From positions 1-47,003 of the forward strand of contig JAQBHB010000012.1 of assembly GCA_032128115.1 (NCBI GenBank): a stretch of DNA of 47,003 nt, written 5' to 3'. The notes under the pieces were generated by a model. It was not told the DNA's origin, searched no databases, and worked only from the letters and a program-made list of their open reading frames with translations. Each line of letters opens with the position of its first letter. The first letter of the stretch is position 1. This stretch comes from Deltaproteobacteria bacterium. GTDB lineage: Bacteria > Myxococcota_A > UBA9160 > SMWR01. The position numbers and the translations under genes are program-made. Of this stretch, positions 26,771 through 36,206 are shown in pieces.

Positions 26771-27780
26771 CCAACGTGCTGGTCACCCACGCCGACGAGC
26801 CCATCGGGCGGCGCGTGGTGAAGTCACTCTTCCACGACGAAGACGTGGGGCGGATCCTGGCCATCGGCAACGGACCTCCGCCGCGCGCATTCGACCGCTT
26901 CCTGGGAGCCCCCGACGCCCGGTTGGCCTACGCGCGCCTGGATCTCGCAAAGCACCGCCCGGTGAGCGATCTGTTCCACTCCAGCCGCTTTCGCGGTGCC
27001 GAGATCGACGCGGTGGTTCACATTCCGCGGCACGGAGCGCCGGCGGCAGACGCGGCCCCCATCGTGGCGGGGCTGGCGGAGCGCACGGCCGAGGCCCGCC
27101 TGGTGCTCCAGCACTGCCTGGAAGAAACGTCCGTGCGCAGCCTGGTGGCTCTCGGAAGCGCCTTCGTCTACCGGCTGCCGCCCGGCAACGCCAACCGACT
27201 CGACGAGGACAGCGAGCTGGATCTGGACCCGGACGTGAGTCCCGAGATCCGTTCCTGGATCGACTGCGACATGATCTTCCACGGCGAGGTCCACAACGAC
27301 CGCCTGCGGGTGGTGCTGCTTCGGGTGGCCACGGTGGTGGCCGAGGGCGGATACGTCTACCTGAACCCCTCTCTGGCCGGACGACCGGGGCTGCGCATCC
27401 AGGCCCTCGGCTTCGACCCCATCTGCGCCCTGGTCTCCGACAAGGACGTGGCACGGGCGGCACGGGCCTCGCTGCACGCGCCTCATTCGGGCATCTACAA
27501 CATCGCGGGCGCCGAGGCGCTGCCCCAGTCGCTGCTTTCCCACTGGACCGGGCGTTCCAGCATCTCCGTACCGACCCCATTGCTCGGCTGGGTCGGCGCG
27601 GCGGCTCGCCTGCTGGGTCTCGAGTCGCTCGGCTCGGGCCTGAAGGCGCCCCACCTGCGCTACGGCTTCACCCTGGACACGCGCCGCGCCGAGAGCGAGC
27701 TGGGCTTCCGCGCCAACTACCGGGTAGGACTGGCGCGCGCCGGAGACGGCGCCCTGCGCCTGGAAACCGCCCCCGTCTGA
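26767..27780 (+). CDS. Epimerase/SDR-like protein with degenerate Rossmann motif
   Basis: GTGA overlap. VLVTHADEPIG replaces TGxxGxxG; GSAFVY, GFDPICALVSDKD and GIYNIAG align with 19526-20443. Confidence 0.8.
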   Translation: MTNVLVTHADEPIGRRVVKSLFHDEDVGRILAIGNGPPPRAFDRFLGAPDARLAYARLDLAKHRPVSDLFHSSRFRGAEIDAVVHIPRHGAPAADAAPIVAGLAERTAEARLVLQHCLEETSVRSLVALGSAFVYRLPPGNANRLDEDSELDLDPDVSPEIRSWIDCDMIFHGEVHNDRLRVVLLRVATVVAEGGYVYLNPSLAGRPGLRIQALGFDPICALVSDKDVARAARASLHAPHSGIYNIAGAEALPQSLLSHWTGRSSISVPTPLLGWVGAAARLLGLESLGSGLKAPHLRYGFTLDTRRAESELGFRANYRVGLARAGDGALRLETAPV

Positions 27781-27861
27781 GGGCGGCGGCGGCCAGCGCC
27801 GGCCAGAATCGGTAGACTGACGCGTCCAGTTCCACCCGAAACCAGATCCCGCGGAGCGGCC

Positions 27862-28425
27862 ATGGCCGTTGATACCTCTCAGTTCCGGAACGGTCTCAAG
27901 ATCGAAATCGACGGCGAGCCCTTCTCCATCGTCTATTTCCAGCACGTGAAGCCCGGCAAGGGCGGCGCCTTCGTGCGCACCAAGATCAAGAACCTGAAGT
28001 CCGGCCGCGTCCTCGATCGGCGCTTCCGGGCCGGCGAGAAGGTGGAGAAGGCCGACATCGAAGACCGCAAGATGCAGTTCCTGTACCACGACGGTGACCA
28101 GCTGGTCTTCATGGATTCGGAAACCTACGACCAGATTCCCTTCTCGGCCGAGCAGGTCGGCGACGCCAGCAAGTTCCTGCGCGAGAATCTGGACGTCGAC
28201 GTCCTGTTCTGGCGCGACCAGCCCATCAACATCGAGCTGCCGTCCTTCGTCGACGTCCTGGTGACCCAGTGCGACCCGGGCCTCAAGGGCGACACCGCCT
28301 CGGGCGCCACCAAGCCCGCGACCCTGGAGACCGGCGCCGTGGTGCAGGTTCCCCTGTTCCTCAAGGAAGGCGAGCGGATCCGGGTGGACACGCGCAGCGG
28401 CGAATACGTCGAACGGGTCGGCTGA
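27862..28425 (+). CDS. efp: Elongation factor P
   Basis: QHVKPGKGGAFVRTK, PGLKGDTA, KPATLETG, VPLF. Confidence 0.98.
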   Translation: MAVDTSQFRNGLKIEIDGEPFSIVYFQHVKPGKGGAFVRTKIKNLKSGRVLDRRFRAGEKVEKADIEDRKMQFLYHDGDQLVFMDSETYDQIPFSAEQVGDASKFLRENLDVDVLFWRDQPINIELPSFVDVLVTQCDPGLKGDTASGATKPATLETGAVVQVPLFLKEGERIRVDTRSGEYVERVG

Positions 28426-28436
28426 CCGGGCGGTCC

Positions 28437-29702
28437 GTGGCCCCCAGCCCGCAGAACCGCCCGCCCCGGCGCGCGTTGGTCTTCTCCGGCGGCGGCGCCC
28501 GCGGCGCCTACGAAGCGGGCGTAGTCCACTACCTCCTGAAGGAACTTCCGCGGCGCCTGGGCCATCCGGTGCGCTTCGACATCCTGTGCGGCACATCGGT
28601 GGGCGCCATCCACGCCTGCTACATGGCGGCCACCGCCCACGAGGGGCCCGAGCGCGGCAGCCGCCTGGTGGACTTCTGGAAGTCCATGCGTCTGGACGAG
28701 GTGCTGCCGGTCTCCGTCCGCGATCTGCTGCGCCTGCCCCGTCGCCTATGGGGCCTGCGAAGCGTGGCCCGGGCCATGCGGCGCGGCGAGGCTCCAGAGC
28801 GGCTCTACGGCCTGCTCAACACCGCGCCCCTGGAACGGGTGGTGCTGCAGGCGATTCCGTGGCGCTCGATTCGGAGCAACGTGCGCGACGGCCGCGTGTC
28901 CGCCGTGTGTGTGGCGGCCACCCAGATCGCCACGGGACGGGTGGTGGTCTTCATCGAGACCAAAGATCGCCTGATTTCGAGCTGGACACGGGATCCAATG
29001 ATCGTGCCCCGGGCCACGCGCCTGATGCCCACCCACGCCCTGGCCTCGGCGGCCATTCCCGTGCTGTTCCCCGCCGTGCGGGTGGCCAGCACCTACTACG
29101 CGGACGGGGGGCTGCGCCTGAACACGCCCCTGGCCCCTGCCCTGCGCCTGGGGGCCGACCGGGTGATGGTGGTGGCCCTGCGCCAGAATCCGGGCCTGGC
29201 CCACGAGGCGAGCATGTCCGACCAGCGCGTAGAGAACTATGCGAGTCCCGTGTTCCTGTTCGGGAAGGTCCTGAACGCGCTGCTGCTGGACCACCTGGAC
29301 ACGGACCTGGCCCGCATGCGATTCCTGAACGAGGTCATGGACGACGGCGTCAAGGCCTACGGCCCGGATTTCGTGGATCGGCTCAACCAGGTCTCCGGCC
29401 GTGAGGGCGACCGCCAGCTGCGCCGCATCCACGACGTGGTGATCCGACCCTCCGCCGACCTGGGGCTGCTGGCGGGCCAGATCGTGGCCAATCTCTCCGA
29501 GAATCGGACGCGCTCGCCCCTGCTGCGGCTGGCAGCGCGCAGCCTCTCCGCCGGCGGCCGCTCCACCGAGGCCGACCTGCTCTCGTACCTGATGTTCGAC
29601 GGCGAGTACTTGGGGCCGCTGACCGAGCTGGGGTACGCCGATGCGAAAGCGCGTGAAGACGAACTCTGCGAGTTCTTCTCGGACGCGCGCGTCGGGCCCT
29701 GA
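28437..29702 (+). CDS. Patatin-like phospholipase
   Basis: SGGGARGAY, GTSVG, ASAAIP..FP, DGG. Confidence 0.92.
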   Translation: MAPSPQNRPPRRALVFSGGGARGAYEAGVVHYLLKELPRRLGHPVRFDILCGTSVGAIHACYMAATAHEGPERGSRLVDFWKSMRLDEVLPVSVRDLLRLPRRLWGLRSVARAMRRGEAPERLYGLLNTAPLERVVLQAIPWRSIRSNVRDGRVSAVCVAATQIATGRVVVFIETKDRLISSWTRDPMIVPRATRLMPTHALASAAIPVLFPAVRVASTYYADGGLRLNTPLAPALRLGADRVMVVALRQNPGLAHEASMSDQRVENYASPVFLFGKVLNALLLDHLDTDLARMRFLNEVMDDGVKAYGPDFVDRLNQVSGREGDRQLRRIHDVVIRPSADLGLLAGQIVANLSENRTRSPLLRLAARSLSAGGRSTEADLLSYLMFDGEYLGPLTELGYADAKAREDELCEFFSDARVGP

Positions 29703-29707
29703 CGGCC

Positions 29708-30724
29708 ATGCGAGGCGACCAGCTCGCGCGACAGTGGCAACTGATCCAGCGGCTCGCGAAGAGCCGCGCGGGCTGCCCGCTGGACGACCTGGCCGCCGAA
29801 CTCGGTTGCGTGCGGCGCACGCTGTATCGCGACCTGGACGCGCTCATGTTCGCGGGATTCCCGGTGGTGAGCGAGCGCCGCGACGGGCGGGTCTATTACC
29901 GGTTCCTGGACAGCTTCCGCCTGAGCGATGTTCCCTTCACACCCGACGAGGTGCTGGCCCTGGCGTTCGGCGAGGATCTGCTGCGGACCCTCGAGGGGAC
30001 GGTCTTCCACGATTCGATCCGGTCGGCCCTGGCCAAGATTCGCGCGGGGTTGGGCCCCGAACTCAGCGAGTACCTGGCGCGCCTGGCCGAGACCTTCCGG
30101 GTGCTGCCCGGGCCCCACAAGAACTACGCGCGCTTCCGCGACACCATCCAGACGCTGCACGACGCGGTGCTGGGACGGCGCACCCTGCGCATGCGCTACC
30201 GAACGGGTCGCACCGGATCGGTGGCCACCCGCGACCTGGATCCCTATCGGGTCTGGTATCGGAGCGGCGGGTTGTACGTGGTGGGCTTCGACCACAAGTC
30301 CAACGAGATCCGCACCTTCGCCGTGGAGCGCATCCGCCAGCTCACCACCACGGATGCGCGCTTCCAGGTGCTCGAGAGCTTCGACTTCGACGCCTACATC
30401 GGATCTTCGTTCGGCGTCATCGCCGAGCCGGCCATCCGGGTCCGCATCCGCTTCGAACGCCGCTGGGCCGGCTTCGTCGAGGAGCGCACCTGGCACCGCA
30501 GTCAGTCCCTGTCTCCGGGGCCCGACGGCAGCGTGGAGCTGCAGATGCAGGTGGGCGGCACCGCCGAGCTTCGCAGCTGGATCCTGTCCTTCGGCTCCGG
30601 CGCCGAGGTGCTGGAGCCCGAGTCCCTGCGAAGCGAGGTCGCGGCCGAGCTTTCGGCCGCGACCCGCCGCTATCGCGACAAGGCAAAGGGCCGCTACGCC
30701 AGGGGCTCCACCGCCGCACCGTAG
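29708..30724 (+). CDS. HTH-WYL-WCX transcriptional regulator (PafB/PafC/DriD-like)
   Basis: N-terminal HTH (RRTLYRDLDAL), RDLDPY..LYVVG..RTFAVERI and WILSFGSGAEVLEP. Confidence 0.92.
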   Translation: MRGDQLARQWQLIQRLAKSRAGCPLDDLAAELGCVRRTLYRDLDALMFAGFPVVSERRDGRVYYRFLDSFRLSDVPFTPDEVLALAFGEDLLRTLEGTVFHDSIRSALAKIRAGLGPELSEYLARLAETFRVLPGPHKNYARFRDTIQTLHDAVLGRRTLRMRYRTGRTGSVATRDLDPYRVWYRSGGLYVVGFDHKSNEIRTFAVERIRQLTTTDARFQVLESFDFDAYIGSSFGVIAEPAIRVRIRFERRWAGFVEERTWHRSQSLSPGPDGSVELQMQVGGTAELRSWILSFGSGAEVLEPESLRSEVAAELSAATRRYRDKAKGRYARGSTAAP

Positions 30725-31761
30725 TCCGGGTTCGAAGAGATCATCCCCAGTTGGCGCCAGCGGTCCTCGGTGCGCTCGGTGATCAGACCCAGGCCGCGCA
30801 GGTTCGGCACCACGGTGTGCATGTAGGCCAGTGAGTTGACATCGGCGAAGTTCGGCAGACTCGTGACCATCTTCACCACGTTCTCCGGGTCGAAACCGTA
30901 CTTGGGCGCGAAGGTGTGGAGCATGTCCAGCTGCTGATTGGCGTTGAGGGCCTCGAGGATCCCGAAGGCCCAGTCTTCCATCTCCTCTTTCTGCTCCGGC
31001 TCCGCATCGGCCACCACGCGCCGCATCATCAGCACGCCGAAGGCCGCGTGACGCGCCTCGTCCTGCTCGACACGGCGGATGATGTCGCCGAGCAGCTCGT
31101 TGCGGCACTCGCGGCGCATCAGATCCATGATGCCCACCGCCATGCCCTCGAACAGGGTCTGCATGCCCAGGGTCTTCTTCTGGACCGTGTCGGCCTCGAG
31201 CAGGATCTCGAGCAGGGTCTTGAGCGTGGGACCGATGGGGTAGATGGTTCCCATCTTGCGCTGCATGAGCTTTGCGAAGACCTCGACGTGGCGCGCCTCG
31301 TCGGCCACCTGGCTGGCGGCATACCACTTCTCGTCCATCTTCTCGCACACATTGGTGAGCTGCCCGCAGAGTTCGAGCGCGGCCTGCTCCCCGTGAAGCA
31401 GCTGGGACAACACGTAGTTGATCTCGTCGAACATGGCGGCCTTCTGGGTCGCTTCGTCCTTGCCCATGAGCTTGGTCACCTGGCCCATCAGGGAGGCCTC
31501 GGGCGTGAGCAGCCACTCGTCGTTGCTGCAGGGCATGGACCAGTCCACGTCTTTCTCCGCGTTCCACTGGTTGACCTTGCCCTTCTCATAGAGGGCGCGC
31601 AGCTCCGCCACCTCGCTGCCGTATTCCCAGGCCCAGTGGAGCTGAACGGGGACGTCCACGTCGATGTGCTCCCGCATGCGCTTGATCTCGGCCTCGTCCA
31701 CGAAGTCGATCACCTCGAACTCGCCAAAACGCTTGCGGTGTTCCTCGAACAGCTTCTTCAT
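30694..31761 (-). CDS. Ferritin-like diiron protein (AurF-like oxygenase family)
   Basis: HGEQAA, DEARH, FEGMA and a second DEARH. Strong GGAGG RBS. Confidence 0.85.
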   Translation of the reverse strand: MKKLFEEHRKRFGEFEVIDFVDEAEIKRMREHIDVDVPVQLHWAWEYGSEVAELRALYEKGKVNQWNAEKDVDWSMPCSNDEWLLTPEASLMGQVTKLMGKDEATQKAAMFDEINYVLSQLLHGEQAALELCGQLTNVCEKMDEKWYAASQVADEARHVEVFAKLMQRKMGTIYPIGPTLKTLLEILLEADTVQKKTLGMQTLFEGMAVGIMDLMRRECRNELLGDIIRRVEQDEARHAAFGVLMMRRVVADAEPEQKEEMEDWAFGILEALNANQQLDMLHTFAPKYGFDPENVVKMVTSLPNFADVNSLAYMHTVVPNLRGLGLITERTEDRWRQLGMISSNPDYGAAVEPLA

Positions 31762-31785
31762 GTCGTTCCTCCGTTCCTGGTGACA

Positions 31786-32418
31786 TCAGCCATCTGCTGC
31801 GGCAGCGAGGCCATGGTGTAGAAGGTTCTTGAGCTCGAGCTTGCGGCGGCGCACCGCCGCCGCGGACAACAGGGGACGGCCCAGCAGCCTGGCTCCCAGA
31901 TCGCCCGATGCAAAGTGGTAGACGGTGGCCCCGATCAGCGTCTGGAGCGTGTGCGGGACCGAGACCGGCCGGAACACGCCGGCCGCAACCCCCTGGCTCA
32001 GCAGCTGCTGGAGGCGCTCGAGGATCTCGCCCAGCGTCTGCTCCACCGCCAGCACCTCCGGAGCCTCGGGCTCCAGATCGTCCTCCTCGAACAGGCTCCG
32101 GAGCAGCAGCCGCGCCGTGGGAGGGTGCTCGGCCAGGGAGTCTACGAGCGCATCGACACAGCGGTCGAGCTTCCGGGCAGGGTCGTCGGACGATTCGAGC
32201 ACCCCATCCAGGGGCTCGCGAATGCGCTCCAGCACCCGAGACAGCACCTCGCAGTAGAGCTGGGTCTTGCCCCGGAAGTGGTGGAACAGGCTCGACTTGC
32301 CCAGGCCGGCGGCGAGGGCCACCTCGCGCATTCCGATCCCCGAGTAGCCCCGCCGGGCGAACAGGGCCTCGGCCACGTCGAGGATCTTCTCGCGGGAGCC
32401 GGGTACGTCGCTGGCCAT
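31786..32418 (-). CDS. TetR/AcrR family transcriptional regulator
   Basis: REKILDVAEALFARRGYSGIGMREVALAAGLGKSSLFHHFRGK. Confidence 0.92.
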   Translation of the reverse strand: MASDVPGSREKILDVAEALFARRGYSGIGMREVALAAGLGKSSLFHHFRGKTQLYCEVLSRVLERIREPLDGVLESSDDPARKLDRCVDALVDSLAEHPPTARLLLRSLFEEDDLEPEAPEVLAVEQTLGEILERLQQLLSQGVAAGVFRPVSVPHTLQTLIGATVYHFASGDLGARLLGRPLLSAAAVRRRKLELKNLLHHGLAAAADG

Positions 32419-32420
32419 TC

Positions 32421-32450
32421 GCCCGATGAACCCCCGCCCGATGAATCCCC
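32421..32450. repeat. 15-bp tandem duplication in tetR leader
   Basis: GCCCGATGAACCCCC / GCCCGATGAATCCCC. Confidence 0.8.
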
Positions 32451-32458
32451 ACCCCTGC

Positions 32459-32514
32459 CCGACCGATCGGTCGGTTGAGACGGGGAACCTATCGACCGAA
32501 CGGTCGGGCGTCAA
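32459..32514 (-). promoter_or_regulatory. tetR promoter with two operator palindromes
   Basis: Minus-strand TTGACG-N17-TAGGTT. Perfect palindrome CCGACCGATCGGTCGG (32459-32474) and CGACCGAACGGTCG (32493-32506). Confidence 0.8.
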
Positions 32515-32597
32515 TACAGGCCGCCCCCCCTCGGTGCGGTGGATCGGGTCGGGGGGGTCCCGCGCGCAGCGAGCCATGGGCGCGCGCAGTCCAGAAA

Positions 32598-34022
32598 CTA
32601 AGGCTGAACGACCTCGATCGGGCCCAGCCCCTCGAGCAGGGGAACCAGCTGGTCGGCGGGGCCCACTACCACGATGGCTGCCCGTTCCGGGTGCAGCAGA
32701 TCCCGGGCCATCTCTGCCGTCATGGCCTGGGTGGTTGCCCGCACCCGCGCCCGGTAGGTGTCGAGCGAGTCGTCCGGCAGGTCGTAGATCTCCAGGTCGA
32801 TCAGTCCGCCCATCACCGCGTCCGAGGTCTCGAGCGACAGCGAGAAGCTCCCCACCGCCAGGGTCCGCGCCCGGGTCAGCTCCTCCTCGCTGGGGGGCGA
32901 TTGCCGGGCCCGCGAAAGCTCCGCCAGCACCATGTCCACCGCCCGGCGCGTCTCGGCGACACGGGTGAAGGTCGAAACCTGGAAGGGGCCTGGCTGGCGC
33001 CGCATGGAGAAGCCCGACCACACTCCGTAGGTCAGGCCGGCCTCGGCCCGCAACACGTCCATCAGGCGCGATGAGAAGCCCCCGCCCCCCACCACCGAGT
33101 TCATGAGCGCGGCGGCGATCCGGTCGGGAAAGCTGCGGGCGATGCCCTCGTGGGCAATGGCGATCTGGGCCTGGCCCAGGTCCGGGCGATCCACCACCAC
33201 CACGCGCCGCCCCCCCGCGGGCGCGGGATTCGGGGGCGGCGGTCCCGCGTCCGGATCCGCGGCACGTTTCCAGTCTTCGAATCGGCGACGTGCCTGGGCC
33301 ATCACCGTCTCGGCCGAGACGTCCCCGGTGGCGAACAGGATTGCGTCGTTGGGCACGAAGATGCGGCCGTGGAAGTCGCGCGCCGACGTTGCGGTGAGCT
33401 TCTTCACCGACTCGGGCGAACCCGGGCTGGGCAGTCCGTAGCGATGGTCCGGGTAGAGCGCCCGGGCCATGTGCCAGGCCACCAGCGTGCCCGGGTCGTC
33501 CTTCGCCTGCTCCAGGGCCGCTAGCTGCTCACCGCGCGCGCGCTCCGCCTCTGCGGTCTCGAAGCGCGGCCGCCGCACCACGTCGGAGAGGACCTCGAAC
33601 AACGGGTCCAGGTCACGCGAGAGACCCGAGAGCGTGACCGCCGTGGAATCCCAGCCACTGGACACGTCCAGATCGGCTCCCATGGCGTCCACGAACTCGG
33701 CCAGGGCGCGGGCGTCCCGATCGCCGGCACCGCGGTTCATCATCTCGGCGGTGAAGCTGGCGAGGCCGGCCCCGTCCGGCAGCTCCGCCCCCGCTCCGCG
33801 CCGGACCGCCACTCCAATGCTCACCAGTGGCAGACGCCGGTCTTCCAGCACCAGCACCTGGAGGCCGTTGGAAAGCGTCGATCGCGTGAGGCTGCCCGGG
33901 CGCACGATGGGCGCCTCGCGCACCTGCGGCGGCGGCTGCTCCCACAGGGGATTCGCGCAGGCCAGCGAGAGTCCCAGCAGAGCCAAGGCCCCCATCCGGA
34001 CCGCGCGAACCGCGCCGCTCAC
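32598..34022 (-). CDS. M16 (pitrilysin) family peptidase, non-catalytic subunit, lipoprotein
   Basis: GTGA overlap and lipobox LSLAC. GLASFTAEMM lacks HxxEH; GGGGFSSRL..LRAEAGLTYG is present. Confidence 0.88.
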   Translation of the reverse strand: MSGAVRAVRMGALALLGLSLACANPLWEQPPPQVREAPIVRPGSLTRSTLSNGLQVLVLEDRRLPLVSIGVAVRRGAGAELPDGAGLASFTAEMMNRGAGDRDARALAEFVDAMGADLDVSSGWDSTAVTLSGLSRDLDPLFEVLSDVVRRPRFETAEAERARGEQLAALEQAKDDPGTLVAWHMARALYPDHRYGLPSPGSPESVKKLTATSARDFHGRIFVPNDAILFATGDVSAETVMAQARRRFEDWKRAADPDAGPPPPNPAPAGGRRVVVVDRPDLGQAQIAIAHEGIARSFPDRIAAALMNSVVGGGGFSSRLMDVLRAEAGLTYGVWSGFSMRRQPGPFQVSTFTRVAETRRAVDMVLAELSRARQSPPSEEELTRARTLAVGSFSLSLETSDAVMGGLIDLEIYDLPDDSLDTYRARVRATTQAMTAEMARDLLHPERAAIVVVGPADQLVPLLEGLGPIEVVQP

Positions 34023-35380
34023 GGCACCACCCGCACGACGCTGCGTTGGGAGTCCACCAGGTAGGTCCTGGCGACGCGTTGGACGTCTTCTGCAGAAACG
34101 GCCCGGATCGCGGCCAGCCGTTCCGCAAGGGGTCGGATGCGCCCGAAGGTCGCCACATCCAGCGCGATCCGCGACGCCACTGCGTGGGCCTTGGACAACC
34201 CACTCACCAGGGAGACTTCCAGCTGGCGCTTGGCCTTCTCGAGCTCGGCGGCGCTCACCGGCTCCTCGCGCATCAGCGCAATCTGCTGGAAGAACAGCCG
34301 CTCCACCTCCTCGATGCCGCCGTCGGGGCGGACGCCCGCGTAGGCGAGGAACAGCCCCGCCTGCTGCATCTCCATATAGCCGCCCTCGGCGTACAGAGCC
34401 TGCTGGGCCTCGTACACCAGATTCCGGTAGAGGCGGCTCGAGCGCCCCCCGGACAGGATCGCGCTGGCCACGTCCAGGGCCTCCGCGTCCGGATGACCCG
34501 AGGGCGGTGCGTGCCAGGCGGCTGCCAGCACGGGGCTGCGCAGATCGAAGTGCACATCCGCGCGGCGCTCGCCCTTCTGCGCGGGCTCGAGCGTCGGATT
34601 GCGCGGGATCGGGCCGCGCGACGCAAGCTTGCCGAAGGTCTCGCGGATCCTCTCCAGGGCCTCGTCCGTGTCGAAGTCGCCCACGATGGAGACGATGATG
34701 TTGTTGGGTCGATAGTAGGTGTCGAAGAAGTCCTGACACGCCTCGACGGTCACCACCTCCACATCACTGCGCCAGCCGATCACCGGTCGCCGGTACGGAT
34801 GGGCCACGAAGGCGGTGGCCAACAGCGTCTCGTAGGCGCGCCCCGAGGGCTTGTCTTCGGTGCGCATCCGGCGCTCTTCCAGCACTACCTCGCGCTCGCT
34901 GGTCAGCATCTCCTGGGTGACTCTCAGGTTTGCGATGCGTTCCGCTTCGAGCGCGATCACCAGCGGCAGCGTCTCGGACGTCACATCTTCGAAGTAGACC
35001 GTGAAGTCCTGACTGGTCCACGCATTGAGGCGACCGCCGCGGGCCTGGATCAGGCGGGCGTGTTGCTCGGGCTCGATGTTCTTCGAGCCCTTGAACATCA
35101 TGTGCTCGAACAGGTGGGCGAGCCCGGTGTACCAGGTCTCGTCCTTGGAGCCCACCTGCACCCAGACCTGGAACGACACCACCGGCGTGGCGTGGTCCTC
35201 GAGGGTGAGCACGACGAGCCCGTTGGGAAGTCGCGTCGTGATGGCGCTCGCCGCCGGATCCTCGAAGCTTTCTCCGGGATCCTCGGCCGCGTCAGCAGCG
35301 GCCCCGGAACCCCACGCGAGCAGAGCGGCAACGGCGAACACGAGGGCCAACGGGAAGCGCGAACGGCGGCTGGGGCGCAC
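34019..35380 (-). CDS. M16 (pitrilysin) family zinc peptidase, catalytic subunit
   Basis: Signal peptide, GLAHLFEHMMFKGS, EREVVLEERRMR, HPYRRPVIGW. Confidence 0.93.
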   Translation of the reverse strand: MRPSRRSRFPLALVFAVAALLAWGSGAAADAAEDPGESFEDPAASAITTRLPNGLVVLTLEDHATPVVSFQVWVQVGSKDETWYTGLAHLFEHMMFKGSKNIEPEQHARLIQARGGRLNAWTSQDFTVYFEDVTSETLPLVIALEAERIANLRVTQEMLTSEREVVLEERRMRTEDKPSGRAYETLLATAFVAHPYRRPVIGWRSDVEVVTVEACQDFFDTYYRPNNIIVSIVGDFDTDEALERIRETFGKLASRGPIPRNPTLEPAQKGERRADVHFDLRSPVLAAAWHAPPSGHPDAEALDVASAILSGGRSSRLYRNLVYEAQQALYAEGGYMEMQQAGLFLAYAGVRPDGGIEEVERLFFQQIALMREEPVSAAELEKAKRQLEVSLVSGLSKAHAVASRIALDVATFGRIRPLAERLAAIRAVSAEDVQRVARTYLVDSQRSVVRVVP

Positions 35381-35420
35381 GGCGCGTTACAGTATCGGCC
35401 GCCAGGGCAGGTGTCGAGCC

Positions 35421-35843
35421 ATGAATCCCAGCGATGCCGAACTTCACGAACTACTCCGACAGGTTCGAACGATCGCCGTGGTGGGGATCAAGTCGGGGGA
35501 GAGCGACGACGCCTACCGGGTGCCCCGCGCCATGCAGGCGCGCGGCTACCGGATCCATCCGGTGAGTCCGAAGCTCGACCACGTGCTCGGCGAGCCCTGC
35601 GTGGCGTCCCTGGCGGGGCTTCGCCACCCGGTGGACCTGGTGAACGTGTTTCGCGCTGCGCCCCACATTCCCGCCCACGCGGACGAGATCCTGGCCCTGT
35701 CCCCCCTGCCCCGTGGCGTGTGGCTGCAGCTGGGCATCCGACACGACGAGTCGGCCCGGCGACTCGAGTCCGCCGGGGTGACGGTGGTACAGGATCGCTG
35801 CCTGATGCTGGAGCACCGCCGCCTGTTCCCGGCGGGAGACTGA
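35421..35843 (+). CDS. CoA-binding protein (YccU-like)
   Basis: TIAVVG, VDLVNVFR, VWLQLGI, VVQDRC. Confidence 0.9.
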   Translation: MNPSDAELHELLRQVRTIAVVGIKSGESDDAYRVPRAMQARGYRIHPVSPKLDHVLGEPCVASLAGLRHPVDLVNVFRAAPHIPAHADEILALSPLPRGVWLQLGIRHDESARRLESAGVTVVQDRCLMLEHRRLFPAGD

Positions 35844-35846
35844 CCG

Positions 35847-36206
35847 GTGGCGAGACGCCGCGACGACCGCCTGGTCTACTCGAGCCAGTCCGGGCGCATG
35901 TGTCCCGGCTGCGGACGCCCGACGGAACGCTGCGACTGCACGAAAAATCCACGTGCGCCGCGCGGCGACGGGATCGTACACGTGCGGCGGGAGGTGAAGG
36001 GCCGGCGCGGAAAGACGGTGACTACGATCTCGGGCATCCCGCTGCCCCAGGACGACTTGAAAACCCTTGCCGGTGACCTCAAGCGTCAGTGCGGCTCCGG
36101 CGGATCGGTCGTGGACAGGGTGATCGAGATCCAGGGCGACCACCGCGACACCCTGGTCCCCGAGCTCGAATCCCGCGGCTACACCGTCAAGCTCTCCGGC
36201 GGCTAA
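35847..36206 (+). CDS. yciH: SUI1-family translation factor YciH
   Basis: RLVYS, CPGC..C.C, KGRRGKTVT, LKRQCGSGG, IEIQGDHR. Confidence 0.93.
   Translation: MARRRDDRLVYSSQSGRMCPGCGRPTERCDCTKNPRAPRGDGIVHVRREVKGRRGKTVTTISGIPLPQDDLKTLAGDLKRQCGSGGSVVDRVIEIQGDHRDTLVPELESRGYTVKLSGG

Noticed and set aside
32598..34022. M16 peptidase lacking HxxEH as a pseudogene or novelty
   Set aside because: Active plus inactive M16B heterodimer pairs are well known, and the ORF is intact.
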